Shown here piece after piece: positions 38,610-48,277 of a stretch of 64,000 nucleotides of DNA. The position numbers and the translations under genes are program-made. The DNA is from a virus. Under the pieces are notes generated by a model. That model was not told the origin of the DNA. It worked only from the letters and a program-made list of their open reading frames with translations, and did no database searches. Each line of letters starts with the position of its first letter. Positions within the stretch are counted from its first letter, which is position 1. The stretch covers positions 38,337 through 102,336 of the IMG/VR virus record IMGVR_UViG_3300034105_004543; one strand, given 5' to 3'.

Positions 38610-39368
38610 ATGAAAACAACTCTTGTAACAATAAATACCCCAGGCATAACAACTGGACCAACTTTCGATATATTTTCCAATGTGGATCTTATTATACCGC
38701 TGGTTTCTGGTGTGGCAAAAAGTTCACTCCTTTCTGGTTACAGTGTAACGAATGTACCTGATGCAGCCACTAGCATCAGAGTTCAATCTATAGGAACATG
38801 CACAACATATGTAGATCTCTCTATAACAACACCAACTACCACCACAACTAGTACCACCACTAGTACAACTACCACCAGTACAACTACCACAAGTACAACA
38901 ACGATTTTATCCTGGCCATCGGCATTATTTTCGTTTTATTATGCTACTGGGGGAATAAACAATTGGGAAATTTATGGATACAGCGATCAATCTTCACCGA
39001 TAAATATTCTCGGCGGTGGTCAGGATTTTGGTTCATTAGCAGTCCCAACGGACCCTGCATTTAATAATTTCGAAGTTGTTACATTTCAGTGGTACGGAGA
39101 AACGTGGGCAGGACCTGGCTATAGAAATACAGTTGTTACACTCACAATAAAAGGTGCAACATCTGAACCTACAGGTTGGTCTAATATAACAGTTAATTAC
39201 GCTGGAACAATAACAACACTACCTAGAATAGGACCTAATACCGTAGTTCAAATATACAATGAGCAGGATGGTTTTGGAATTTATAATAATTATGTTACAT
39301 GGAGATGGACCAATGTTACTCCTATACCTTTTGGATATAACTGGTCAGTTACTGTTGATGTTAACTAG
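38610..39368 (+). CDS. Two-domain protein with central Thr-rich linker (putative virion decoration/appendage protein)
   Basis: About 70-aa N-terminal domain, then TTPTTTTTSTTTSTTTTSTTTTSTTT (38826-38903), then a Trp/Tyr-rich beta domain. Confidence 0.65.
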   Translation: MKTTLVTINTPGITTGPTFDIFSNVDLIIPLVSGVAKSSLLSGYSVTNVPDAATSIRVQSIGTCTTYVDLSITTPTTTTTSTTTSTTTTSTTTTSTTTILSWPSALFSFYYATGGINNWEIYGYSDQSSPINILGGGQDFGSLAVPTDPAFNNFEVVTFQWYGETWAGPGYRNTVVTLTIKGATSEPTGWSNITVNYAGTITTLPRIGPNTVVQIYNEQDGFGIYNNYVTWRWTNVTPIPFGYNWSVTVDVN

Positions 39369-39434
39369 TATAATTATGAATATGATAGAATAAAAAAATA
39401 AATCATTCAGGTTTTGATTGTAATTTCATATACA

Positions 39435-39464
39435 CGAAACAATAAATATTCATCATTCTATAAC
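39435..39464 (+). promoter_or_regulatory. Putative bipartite promoter CGAAA-N17-TCTATAAC
   Basis: Matches the motifs at 9092 and 14447; 19 nt upstream of the glycosyltransferase ATG. Confidence 0.5.
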
Positions 39465-39483
39465 TTTTAAATATTTTTAACCT

Positions 39484-40446
39484 ATGCTGAATAAGGTCGT
39501 TTTCATTTGTGCTCAACCCGATGTTCCATATTTTCATTGGCAGGTTGAGGTTTTCATACATAATGCTATGAAAAATGGCATAAATCCCAATTGGATTGAG
39601 ATTGTATTTGGTTATGATGCTTCACCATCTGCGGAGGGTATGGCTCTTGCTGGAAGATACCCATATGTTAGAGTTTTCTTTTATAAGCAGGATAAAATTG
39701 AAAATTATGGATATATCCCAGTACTGAGGCCAAACATCCTCTCCAAGCATTTCGATGTTTATCCTGAACTTACCAATGAGAATATATTTTATCATGATTC
39801 TGATATTATATTCAGGGAGCTTCCTGATTTTGATCTTTTAACAAATGATGATGTCTGGTATCTTAGTGATACTGTTTCTTATATAGGATCAAATTATATA
39901 AAAAGTAAATCTGAGGATCTATTTATGGATATGTGCAATATTGCTGGTATTGATCCTGTAATCGTTTCTAAAAATAATCAAAATTCCGGAGGTGCTCAGT
40001 ATTTAATGAAAGGAATAGATAGTGAATTTTGGAAGGAAGTTGAATTTCTATCTCTTGATCTTTATAAATATATGAGCGATAGAGAATCCTCGGAGAGATC
40101 CAATATGCATGCAGCGGATATTGCTTCATATAATCCAATTCAAAAATGGTGTGCAGATATGTGGGCTGTTTTTTGGTGCGGATTAAAGAGAGGTAATACC
40201 ATTAGAATATCGGATGAACTTGGGTTTAGTTGGGGTTCATTCCACGGGAGAAGCGAATGGGAAAGGCATAAAATTATGCATAATGCTGGAGTTGTCGATA
40301 ACGGGAATGGTAAATTTTTCTATAAAGGAGAATTTATAAACAAGTCACCATGGGAAGCGGATTTTAGTCAAATTGATCCACATCACAATTCATACAACTA
40401 CGTTCAAGCAATATTGTATGCTAAGGAAAGAAGGAATCTTCCATAG
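39484..40446 (+). CDS. GT-A fold glycosyltransferase resembling peptide O-glycosyltransferases (HPAT/SGT1, GT95/GT96-like)
   Basis: N-terminal 'PYFHWQ', 'Y.P..RP', DxD motif 'FYHDSDIIF', 'GGAQYLM', 'WCADMWA', 'IMHNAG'. Confidence 0.7.
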   Translation: MLNKVVFICAQPDVPYFHWQVEVFIHNAMKNGINPNWIEIVFGYDASPSAEGMALAGRYPYVRVFFYKQDKIENYGYIPVLRPNILSKHFDVYPELTNENIFYHDSDIIFRELPDFDLLTNDDVWYLSDTVSYIGSNYIKSKSEDLFMDMCNIAGIDPVIVSKNNQNSGGAQYLMKGIDSEFWKEVEFLSLDLYKYMSDRESSERSNMHAADIASYNPIQKWCADMWAVFWCGLKRGNTIRISDELGFSWGSFHGRSEWERHKIMHNAGVVDNGNGKFFYKGEFINKSPWEADFSQIDPHHNSYNYVQAILYAKERRNLP

Positions 40447-40467
40447 TTTTTGTGTCGATTTTTTTTA

Positions 40468-40475
40468 GATATATA
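40468..40475 (+). promoter_or_regulatory. GATATATA putative late promoter element
   Basis: Octamer 20 nt upstream of ATG 40496. Confidence 0.6.
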
Positions 40476-40495
40476 ATCTGAATAAAAATCTATAA

Positions 40496-42340
40496 ATGGC
40501 AGATGTACAATTAGGCATAAATCAGGGAGATCGTATATATTATTATGATCTTAGTCAAGGAGGTGTATCCAGACAATGGACATTCCAGGGTGGTACGCCA
40601 GCTACTGGTGCTGCATATGGACCTGATATTATGTACTATGGAGTTAACTACAGTGGATACGACACTGGTTTAGTCGTAACTGGGGCAGGTGGATTAACTG
40701 CGGAAGCTTACAAATCCGGTATAGTGGTTGTTTATCCCGAGATATTTGATCCATCTATGCTGATAACTACAGGAATTCCAGTTGATGTTGTAAGTAGATC
40801 ATCTCTGGGTAAAACCCTCACTTATGGGGTGACTGGAACTGTGAGTAGTGGAATAGATTTGTATAGCTGGACAATACCACAATTGGGGCCAAGTAATTCT
40901 CCAACTGTGGATTTTACTTATAATGATTGGTATTTATTAACTGGTACATATTTAGGAAGCCCAAATTCATCCTATATTACAAATGTTACCGCTGGTGTTG
41001 TATCTGTAGTTGGTAACGAGACACTATTAACCAAACAAATAGATTTTAGAAAAATCGGGGTTACAGAGAGTGTTAATTACTGGTCTCCTGGTACTTATGC
41101 AACCTCAGGTAAATATTATGATTGTTCAGTTATGCCACAGAGAACCTCCGCTTTAGGGCTCGGCGGAAACTCTCTTGTAATTAAGATAGATTTTAGCCAG
41201 TATTCCCCTAGATGGAATAATACAAGTTTTCATTCGACGCAGGAGGCAGTATATCTATTACCAAATAGTCCGGATCTATCCAAGACATATTCACCAATAA
41301 AAACAAATATTATTTTGAATGGCGATGTACTTGTTAATATTGGTGCAACGGGAGGATATTCTACTCAGCCCGGAGTTATGCTAGGAAATTATATAATACC
41401 TAATGATATAGCATCCAGATTTGCAAGCAAATTTTTTATAACTGACCAGTCTTTAGGCGGTGTGATAACTGCATTGGTGGATGGTAATAGAAAATGGAAT
41501 AATAATGCCGTATCCGATTTTATGGAAAATAAGTATTATCTTTCAGGTTCTAGTAAATTTATAGAATTAGGTGGATTCTACCAAACTGCACTAGATGGTG
41601 CTACTGTTAATTTACCCAATGTCAATCTTGCCTCTGGGATGGGATTTATGAATGAAAGTGGAAATTATACCTGGGACGGCGGATGGCCAAATGTGGATGG
41701 ACCTCCATTCCCGAGTGAATGGTTTCATGGAGTTTCTATACCTTCCAGTCGTCTTTTGTATGATCTATATAATTATACAGTTAATATTGATGTCAGATTG
41801 AAACTTAGAGATTCTGCTGGATCCATCATAGATGATTTTCAATTTATAATTTCTCCCGTCAACGGGGAAGGAAATACACCAGATTATTTAATGATAACTG
41901 CAAGTGAAACCAGCTACGGTAGCTCCAATGGTTTAGATTATTTAATCAATAGCGGAATAGCCTCCAGGGGAGGAGGATTATCTAACAATATAATATTTGA
42001 AAATAATCAGGATCTTTCTCCTTACAATGACACACCCACTGGACTTTATAATGGATATGGGGCTTTTGGTGCTCTCAAAATGTCAATAATAGATCCCAGA
42101 ACTAGCTCGTCATATTCAAATCGTTATATACATTCACTAGAAATAACTTGGGGAACACAAATGTCCGAATTTTTATTTTATATGGTTGGTGATCAAGTAA
42201 ATTTCCCATCTTTCCCATTTGCATCGGATGTTAATGGACCTACAATATCATGGACTGGATTACCTAGTAAAATAACAGTACCAACATCGTCATATACCAA
42301 TTACTTTAGAGGCTGGTACATAGGCGGTGGATTATCATAA
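40496..42340 (+). CDS. Putative virion structural protein with N-terminal PKD-like domains
   Basis: 'I.QGD.IYYYDLSQGG..SRQWTFQGGTPA.....P.I.Y...GYD..LVVT' PKD-like motif. Confidence 0.6.
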   Translation: MADVQLGINQGDRIYYYDLSQGGVSRQWTFQGGTPATGAAYGPDIMYYGVNYSGYDTGLVVTGAGGLTAEAYKSGIVVVYPEIFDPSMLITTGIPVDVVSRSSLGKTLTYGVTGTVSSGIDLYSWTIPQLGPSNSPTVDFTYNDWYLLTGTYLGSPNSSYITNVTAGVVSVVGNETLLTKQIDFRKIGVTESVNYWSPGTYATSGKYYDCSVMPQRTSALGLGGNSLVIKIDFSQYSPRWNNTSFHSTQEAVYLLPNSPDLSKTYSPIKTNIILNGDVLVNIGATGGYSTQPGVMLGNYIIPNDIASRFASKFFITDQSLGGVITALVDGNRKWNNNAVSDFMENKYYLSGSSKFIELGGFYQTALDGATVNLPNVNLASGMGFMNESGNYTWDGGWPNVDGPPFPSEWFHGVSIPSSRLLYDLYNYTVNIDVRLKLRDSAGSIIDDFQFIISPVNGEGNTPDYLMITASETSYGSSNGLDYLINSGIASRGGGLSNNIIFENNQDLSPYNDTPTGLYNGYGAFGALKMSIIDPRTSSSYSNRYIHSLEITWGTQMSEFLFYMVGDQVNFPSFPFASDVNGPTISWTGLPSKITVPTSSYTNYFRGWYIGGGLS

Positions 42341-42360
42341 AATTAATAAAAAATAAATAA

Positions 42361-45300
42361 ATGGCAAGTTACGGCTTAATAATGAATCAAATAGCTTTGG
42401 ATAGCGAATTCTATGTTTGGGGGAGCGGGCAGGATATTAGAAAATATAACGGAACAAGCTGGGAATATTACGACCATACTAATTCTGCTGTCCCTAGCGG
42501 ATCCCCATATTTTTTAGATACTAGAAGTATAGATATAGATAATGAGGATGTTTTGTGGGCTGGCGTTGCACAAGGACCAACCTCTGGATTGAATGAATTT
42601 GCTGTTTTTTCCATGGATATAAAGGATGTGTCGGTTGGTAATAAATGGAAATTTTCGGACCTTGGTGTTTTTGATCAACCACAGGAAATATCTCTTGTTT
42701 ATGCTTGCCCCTTCGGTGATGACGTACTTGTATTTTCAACACCATTGAATGGCATTGGTGGAACAGGAGCTTCTGGATACACTGAAGTTAGTGGTGTTAC
42801 TGGTGGTAGACTTTTTTATTATCTTAAGACGATTGATAAATGGCGGGAAACTGTACCTGGATATAAATGGCCACATATTTATGATATAAAAGCTAAGGGA
42901 TATGACGGAAATGATTATTTTTATTATGTTGCGACATCCGAAGGGTTATATATAATGCCGGAGGGATCACAAGAGATCCAATACCTTAATGGCACAGGTG
43001 AAATAATAGAACAGGTTGAGGTTTATAATACGAAAACATCTGGTATATTATCAGATAATATTCATTCTTTGGATCTTGACGAGGATGGAAATTTATGGAT
43101 AGGTACAGATCTGGGTATTTCCTTTTTTGACGGGAAAAAATTCTGGAATTACTCATTCGAAGATTATCTTGGTTATAATGCACCTGCTACTAAAATAATT
43201 TCTAGACCAAATGGACATGTATACTTTACATTAGGTGATGGAGAATTGCAGCAGGGAACAGGATTCTGGCACTTTAATGGGTCTACTTTTGACCAGTTCG
43301 ATACAAGCAACAATTCGATAAAGATGACCAATAATAATGTTCTGGATCTAAAACTCATAAAGCATAATACAAAGCAGGGGGATACCACGTTATATGAGAA
43401 TTCTTTATGGGTTCTTTGTTATAATGATCTAGCTTATTTCAATTACGATCAGCCACATATTTATGGTTCATCCAAATATGCAGGTGCAACTGGATGGAAC
43501 TTTACATACTTTAATGATTACGAATTGCCTATTGCTATTTCCTTACCAAAAGTTAATAAATATACATGGACGTATCCAGAATGGATGGTATATCAGGATG
43601 AATATCTGGTTAATAGATTTCCAGGTCTCGATGAAAGAAATCTTTTTCTAACAACGAGACTTAGCGATATAGCTGATGGTAAAGCAGGTAAACAGGCATA
43701 TTGGAATAATTGGCCAATTGAATCTTTTGAGGAAACACAAATCGGGAACTCGATAAATTCGCCATATTTCCAGGATCAAATAACTCTACTCCAATTATCA
43801 CCGCCAGGTTCGGGAGGAATATATGTGGGCGATATCACTATTACCTGCTCCACAACAATAAAAACGAGAAATGGTACAAAGTATTACATCGGGGGTTACC
43901 TGACTGGTAATGTTTTAGCTACCTTTGGTTACAGAAATAGATATCAAGGAGAACCTGCGACACTAAGAAATCTTAACCCAACTCTAGGTGGAGTTTGTAA
44001 TAGCTTATCTTATCCATCATATTCACAGGATTATGGGACTATGGGTTTTGTTGTTTGCTACAATGAATATGGCGAGGTCGAAGCGATAGCGCCTTTCAGG
44101 GGATATAAAACATATGTCCAAGATATAGCCCCTTCTGAGGATGGTAACTTTGTGGCTGTCTCTGGATATTTTTCCAGATTTATTGAGGATGGTCCATATA
44201 TCTGGGATTCATTGGAGGGAGAAAATGCATTGAGAGGCGGACCAACAGGAGCTCCTGCTGGTTTAACTAATATTAATTATTACAATGAGCATAGCACAGA
44301 GTATCCCTGGATAGGAGGTGGAAACTCAATCGCAGGAAGCGGGGATTGGCTATATGCAACAGCCGATCCGCCAACTTTTGGTGGTTTTGGGATCGGTTTT
44401 GAGAATAATCAGGTTTTGGAAGAGATTATATGGTTTTCTTTTAACTATAATGATACTGTTCCTGACAACCAAACAGGTTTATTGCGATCGCTAGTAACCG
44501 GTAATTCTATAACTATTACCGGTGTCTCGTCGTATCTGATTGAATCAATTCAATCTGTTCCTGGCTATACTGGATTAAAGTATAATGTAAAATATGCTAG
44601 CGGAGCAAAGGGTTCATTACCCCAATCTATTGGTGATACGTTCACCTTTACGTTTTATGATTATGCGTCAGATGTGTTTCCTCTAGTTAGATTATTGAGA
44701 AGTAGAACAAGTTCCTGGAATACAAATTCGTGGATAAATGATAGTCCATTCGTTGCTAAAATAGGAAGGGATCTTGGTGGTGTAACATCATTTAGTGGTC
44801 TTGGTTCCAATTCCGATTACCATAGTGACGTTAGAAAATCATATAGAGGTTTAGGGTTTAGACATTTTCCTGCAATATACGCATCTATAGGAACCGATAT
44901 TAAGGAGAGCAAGGTTGATGTCACTAAATATTCGATAGATCTTTCCCTTAAATCGCAAGTCGACCTTCGATTAAACGGGAGAAATCCTGGTGATATGTCG
45001 ACATTAAAGAATTTATGGAATAGATCCAATGATGGTTACTACACATCTGACAAAATACTTGGTACGACGTATCCAATTTCCCAATCAACCGCATGGTGGG
45101 GCGATTCTGTATTATCGTATGTTAGATTGCTATCTGATGATCTTTCTCTTGCGGCAACAATTACCTCAGCAACATATCAGACTTTTCCGCAGGGAACAAA
45201 AATAAGGGCAACAAGGTTTCTTAGTAGCACAAAATCTATGCAAAATGATACTAGCACCATCATAACTGGTGTTTCCAGTACGTCATTCAGTATGGCTGGT

Positions 45301-46455
45301 ATTGATTTTATAAATATCTATGGAGGAAGTTACTATGAGCAATTCTATTTGCTTGTTGATAGAAATGGAATTGGTTTAACCGGTGGCTACCTTGAAGGTT
45401 CAGCTGGGACTATACAATTGCCGAAGGCAACCAACGATCAATCAGTTTATTATATAACAACAGAATTTTCAGCATCGGGTAGCTATTTTGGAAATGATTT
45501 CATAGCAGATTCCAATACTGGTACATATTTTCTTACTGCTACTATAACCGAACAAGGAACACCTAAATCATTTTATAAAACATTTGTTGATCAGCCATCA
45601 GCTTCGCTATATCTGCTTGACGTTGGGCTTTCCGGTTCAGATCAATACTATATAGCATATAGAAATAGCGCAAGTGTGGCTTTGCCACTTTATAACGTAG
45701 TTAAAACAGATATGAACGGGACTATTTTATCTAATATTAATTTTGGAAATGCTGCTATAAACTCATTCGCAACAACTTCCGATGCGGATGGTAGCATCTT
45801 TATGTCCGGTTATTATACTAATTATACTGGTATTACTGGAGATTCATACATATATTTGCCCCCTAATAGCGGATTTAGTTTATTATCCAAAAGATATAAA
45901 CCCGAACTTGGACTTAATATGGGACAAATAATATCTAGACCTGGATCCGGAGCTTGGACATGGTGTGATGTACATTCGGCAGATAGCGGAATGAAAATAC
46001 CACTTATGACTACTGTAGTTTTCAATAATTATGCATCGAATCTATATGGCAAGAAAAATAACAAATGGATACTTGGTAACTCCATAACGGGGGAGGAAAT
46101 TTTAAACGTAAAGAACACACCTTATTTCATTTATACCTTTACAACCTCTGGTAACTATACTATTTATAATAGTGTTGAGGACGCAGCTGGTAATGTGTAT
46201 ATAAAGACCAATCCTGGGTACATTGAAGTTATAGACCATAAACAAAAAAATCCGGACGATAAACGACCGGATTCTGTGGATTCTTTTGATTATGGAGAAC
46301 CTGATGTTTTTCCTGGCAGGGATTATCAAGCCGCTAAATTAGCTAAGGATCTTGCTGAGGAAGAGTCATCAATACTTAGTGATAATATCATCCCGTTTGG
46401 TGTAGGATTCACAGTTTATAATAATCCTGATGCAACATTTAGGAAGGATGTGTAA
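42361..46455 (+). CDS. Large putative virion protein with Reg_prop-type beta-propeller repeats and C-terminal PKD-like segment
   Basis: 'SGILSDNIHSLDLDEDGNLWIGTDLGISFFDG', 'RSIDIDNEDVLWAG', 'YTFTTSGNYTI'. Confidence 0.6.
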   Translation: MASYGLIMNQIALDSEFYVWGSGQDIRKYNGTSWEYYDHTNSAVPSGSPYFLDTRSIDIDNEDVLWAGVAQGPTSGLNEFAVFSMDIKDVSVGNKWKFSDLGVFDQPQEISLVYACPFGDDVLVFSTPLNGIGGTGASGYTEVSGVTGGRLFYYLKTIDKWRETVPGYKWPHIYDIKAKGYDGNDYFYYVATSEGLYIMPEGSQEIQYLNGTGEIIEQVEVYNTKTSGILSDNIHSLDLDEDGNLWIGTDLGISFFDGKKFWNYSFEDYLGYNAPATKIISRPNGHVYFTLGDGELQQGTGFWHFNGSTFDQFDTSNNSIKMTNNNVLDLKLIKHNTKQGDTTLYENSLWVLCYNDLAYFNYDQPHIYGSSKYAGATGWNFTYFNDYELPIAISLPKVNKYTWTYPEWMVYQDEYLVNRFPGLDERNLFLTTRLSDIADGKAGKQAYWNNWPIESFEETQIGNSINSPYFQDQITLLQLSPPGSGGIYVGDITITCSTTIKTRNGTKYYIGGYLTGNVLATFGYRNRYQGEPATLRNLNPTLGGVCNSLSYPSYSQDYGTMGFVVCYNEYGEVEAIAPFRGYKTYVQDIAPSEDGNFVAVSGYFSRFIEDGPYIWDSLEGENALRGGPTGAPAGLTNINYYNEHSTEYPWIGGGNSIAGSGDWLYATADPPTFGGFGIGFENNQVLEEIIWFSFNYNDTVPDNQTGLLRSLVTGNSITITGVSSYLIESIQSVPGYTGLKYNVKYASGAKGSLPQSIGDTFTFTFYDYASDVFPLVRLLRSRTSSWNTNSWINDSPFVAKIGRDLGGVTSFSGLGSNSDYHSDVRKSYRGLGFRHFPAIYASIGTDIKESKVDVTKYSIDLSLKSQVDLRLNGRNPGDMSTLKNLWNRSNDGYYTSDKILGTTYPISQSTAWWGDSVLSYVRLLSDDLSLAATITSATYQTFPQGTKIRATRFLSSTKSMQNDTSTIITGVSSTSFSMAGIDFINIYGGSYYEQFYLLVDRNGIGLTGGYLEGSAGTIQLPKATNDQSVYYITTEFSASGSYFGNDFIADSNTGTYFLTATITEQGTPKSFYKTFVDQPSASLYLLDVGLSGSDQYYIAYRNSASVALPLYNVVKTDMNGTILSNINFGNAAINSFATTSDADGSIFMSGYYTNYTGITGDSYIYLPPNSGFSLLSKRYKPELGLNMGQIISRPGSGAWTWCDVHSADSGMKIPLMTTVVFNNYASNLYGKKNNKWILGNSITGEEILNVKNTPYFIYTFTTSGNYTIYNSVEDAAGNVYIKTNPGYIEVIDHKQKNPDDKRPDSVDSFDYGEPDVFPGRDYQAAKLAKDLAEEESSILSDNIIPFGVGFTVYNNPDATFRKDV

Positions 46456-46471
46456 ATATGTATAGTTCCTA

Positions 46472-47245
46472 CTAATCTAAATTATTTTCCTCCTTATATT
46501 TTTCATAATTATCGGTAAGTTCAACAAGAATTGGGTTTCTAACTATATCATCCCTTGTAAAAGTAAATGAATCGCATTGACCCACTCCATTCGCTATTTT
46601 TTCGTAAAAAGTTAGTAGATCTTTTTTTCTTGTTTTCAAGTCCCATTGTGTAACATCCCCACATATGATTATTCTTGAATTGTGACCCATTCTGGTTACA
46701 ACCAACATTATTTGCCTAAGATCCGCATTTTGTGCTTCGTCCAATATAAGTATCGTGTCATCAAAAGTTCGGCTCCTCATGAATGCTAAAGGTTGCATAT
46801 CGATGGTTTTTGTATCAGTCATCAGCTTTATTTTTTCCTTAGCTTTAAGTATTTTTTCCATATTAGAAATATATCCCTCCATATAGGGAGCTATTTTTTC
46901 ATCAACAGATCCCGGAAGAAACCCTAAGTTTTCACCGGCTTCAACTGCTGGTCTTGCTAGAATTATTTTGGAATGCTCCCCTTTTCTTATAAGATCCAGT
47001 GCTGCATAGCATGCAACAAAGGTTTTCGCTGTACCTGCGGGACCTGTACAAACTGTTAGAAAATTATTTTCAATCGTTTTGAAGAATTTTAACTGGGAAT
47101 CAGTAAATTTGATGTAATTAAAATCTTCTTTTTGAAGAATTGGACCTTTCGGTGTGCTGTCAGTTTTAGTTATTCCTGTTGATTTAATTTGATTTTTTTC
47201 AACGTTAACCGGGATTGGTTCATTTTTTGTTTTTTTTCTTGGCAT
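46472..47245 (-). CDS. phoH: PhoH-family ATPase
   Basis: 'GPAGTAKTF.A', 'RPAVEAGENLGFLPG', 'PLAFMRSRTF', 'LDEAQN', 'TRMG', 'GDVTQ.D', 'DIVRNP'. Confidence 0.95.
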   Translation of the reverse strand: MPRKKTKNEPIPVNVEKNQIKSTGITKTDSTPKGPILQKEDFNYIKFTDSQLKFFKTIENNFLTVCTGPAGTAKTFVACYAALDLIRKGEHSKIILARPAVEAGENLGFLPGSVDEKIAPYMEGYISNMEKILKAKEKIKLMTDTKTIDMQPLAFMRSRTFDDTILILDEAQNADLRQIMLVVTRMGHNSRIIICGDVTQWDLKTRKKDLLTFYEKIANGVGQCDSFTFTRDDIVRNPILVELTDNYEKYKEENNLD

Positions 47246-47284
47246 TTGAAAATTTGTTTTGTTTTATTTATTTAATAAGAACAT

Positions 47285-47333
47285 TTTAAATCAACATTAA
47301 GGTTTGTAGTGTTGATTTGAACATAGATATATA
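47285..47333. promoter_or_regulatory. Hairpin/inverted repeat plus GATATATA element in the divergent phoH / structural-gene intergenic region
   Basis: TTTAAATCAACATTA-aggtttg-TAGTGTTGATTTGAA (15-bp stem with two G-U pairs) followed by GATATATA at 47326-47333, 28 nt before ATG 47362. Confidence 0.5.
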
Positions 47334-47361
47334 TTTAACTTAAAAAACAAATAAAAGAAAA

Positions 47362-48267
47362 ATGGCAACAGTAAACATTAATGAAATCTTAGGATCCGAC
47401 TCCATTTCTGGATCTAGAGTAACTATAAATTCTAACTTTCTCGTACTCCAAAATTGGATTAATGGTTATGTTAGCGTTTTCGGTATAGATACAACAAACG
47501 GTATATTGGATCTTTCCGGTGCTTCGACAGGTAAAGTTCAGGCAAAGATAGGTAGATTCGATTCCTTATCACTTCCATCGAGTGGTACTTCAGCAGCATC
47601 AATCAGCTCCGCTGGAGCAGCTTTATTTTCCAGTGTACAGACAACAACATTTATTTCCTCCGGAGCTTTATATGCAAATGGATCTGTAGCATTCGGGACA
47701 AGTTCAAGTTTTACCGTTGGTGGAACAGCATCCTTTAATTCCCAGCTGGTAGCAAATTCTGCTATTTTATTAGGACCACAAGGAAGAATAACTGGGCAGA
47801 ACACAACATTTGTTAATGGTGCTACTGTTGGACAAGCATTTGCTGCTAATAATGTAGGGGGAGGTGGGGTAGCTACATCATTAAACTCCCCATATTCGAT
47901 AACAGGTTTAGAAGATGTTATCTATGCAAATTGTGGTTCCACCGGATTTTATATGAAAGTTTGTGACGGCACTTCGCCAGTCGGTGGTACCGCTCCTAGT
48001 ATAGCAGCAGGTACGAGAATAACTATAATTAATACTTCAGCTTCAGCTGGATATATCGTAACTGGAGTTACAGGATCTCCTACATATTACACTGGATTTA
48101 ATACTGCAGCGTTATATGGTGGATTCAATTCACCAGGTATAACTGCTTCAGCTGGTAAAGCTTATAGATCTTCAGTAACTCTTCAATGGGAACCAAGAGT
48201 TGGTAAGGGTCAAGCAACACAAAATGGATCTTGGGTAGTTCTAAGCCATAGTAATATGACATTATAA
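47362..48267 (+). CDS. Gly/Ser/Thr-rich putative fibre/structural protein
   Basis: 'I.GSDSISGSRVTINSNF' N-terminus, related to the D..xK.N.NF N-termini of the downstream fibre genes; small-residue-rich beta-type body. Confidence 0.55.
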   Translation: MATVNINEILGSDSISGSRVTINSNFLVLQNWINGYVSVFGIDTTNGILDLSGASTGKVQAKIGRFDSLSLPSSGTSAASISSAGAALFSSVQTTTFISSGALYANGSVAFGTSSSFTVGGTASFNSQLVANSAILLGPQGRITGQNTTFVNGATVGQAFAANNVGGGGVATSLNSPYSITGLEDVIYANCGSTGFYMKVCDGTSPVGGTAPSIAAGTRITIINTSASAGYIVTGVTGSPTYYTGFNTAALYGGFNSPGITASAGKAYRSSVTLQWEPRVGKGQATQNGSWVVLSHSNMTL

Positions 48268-48277
48268 AATAAAATAT

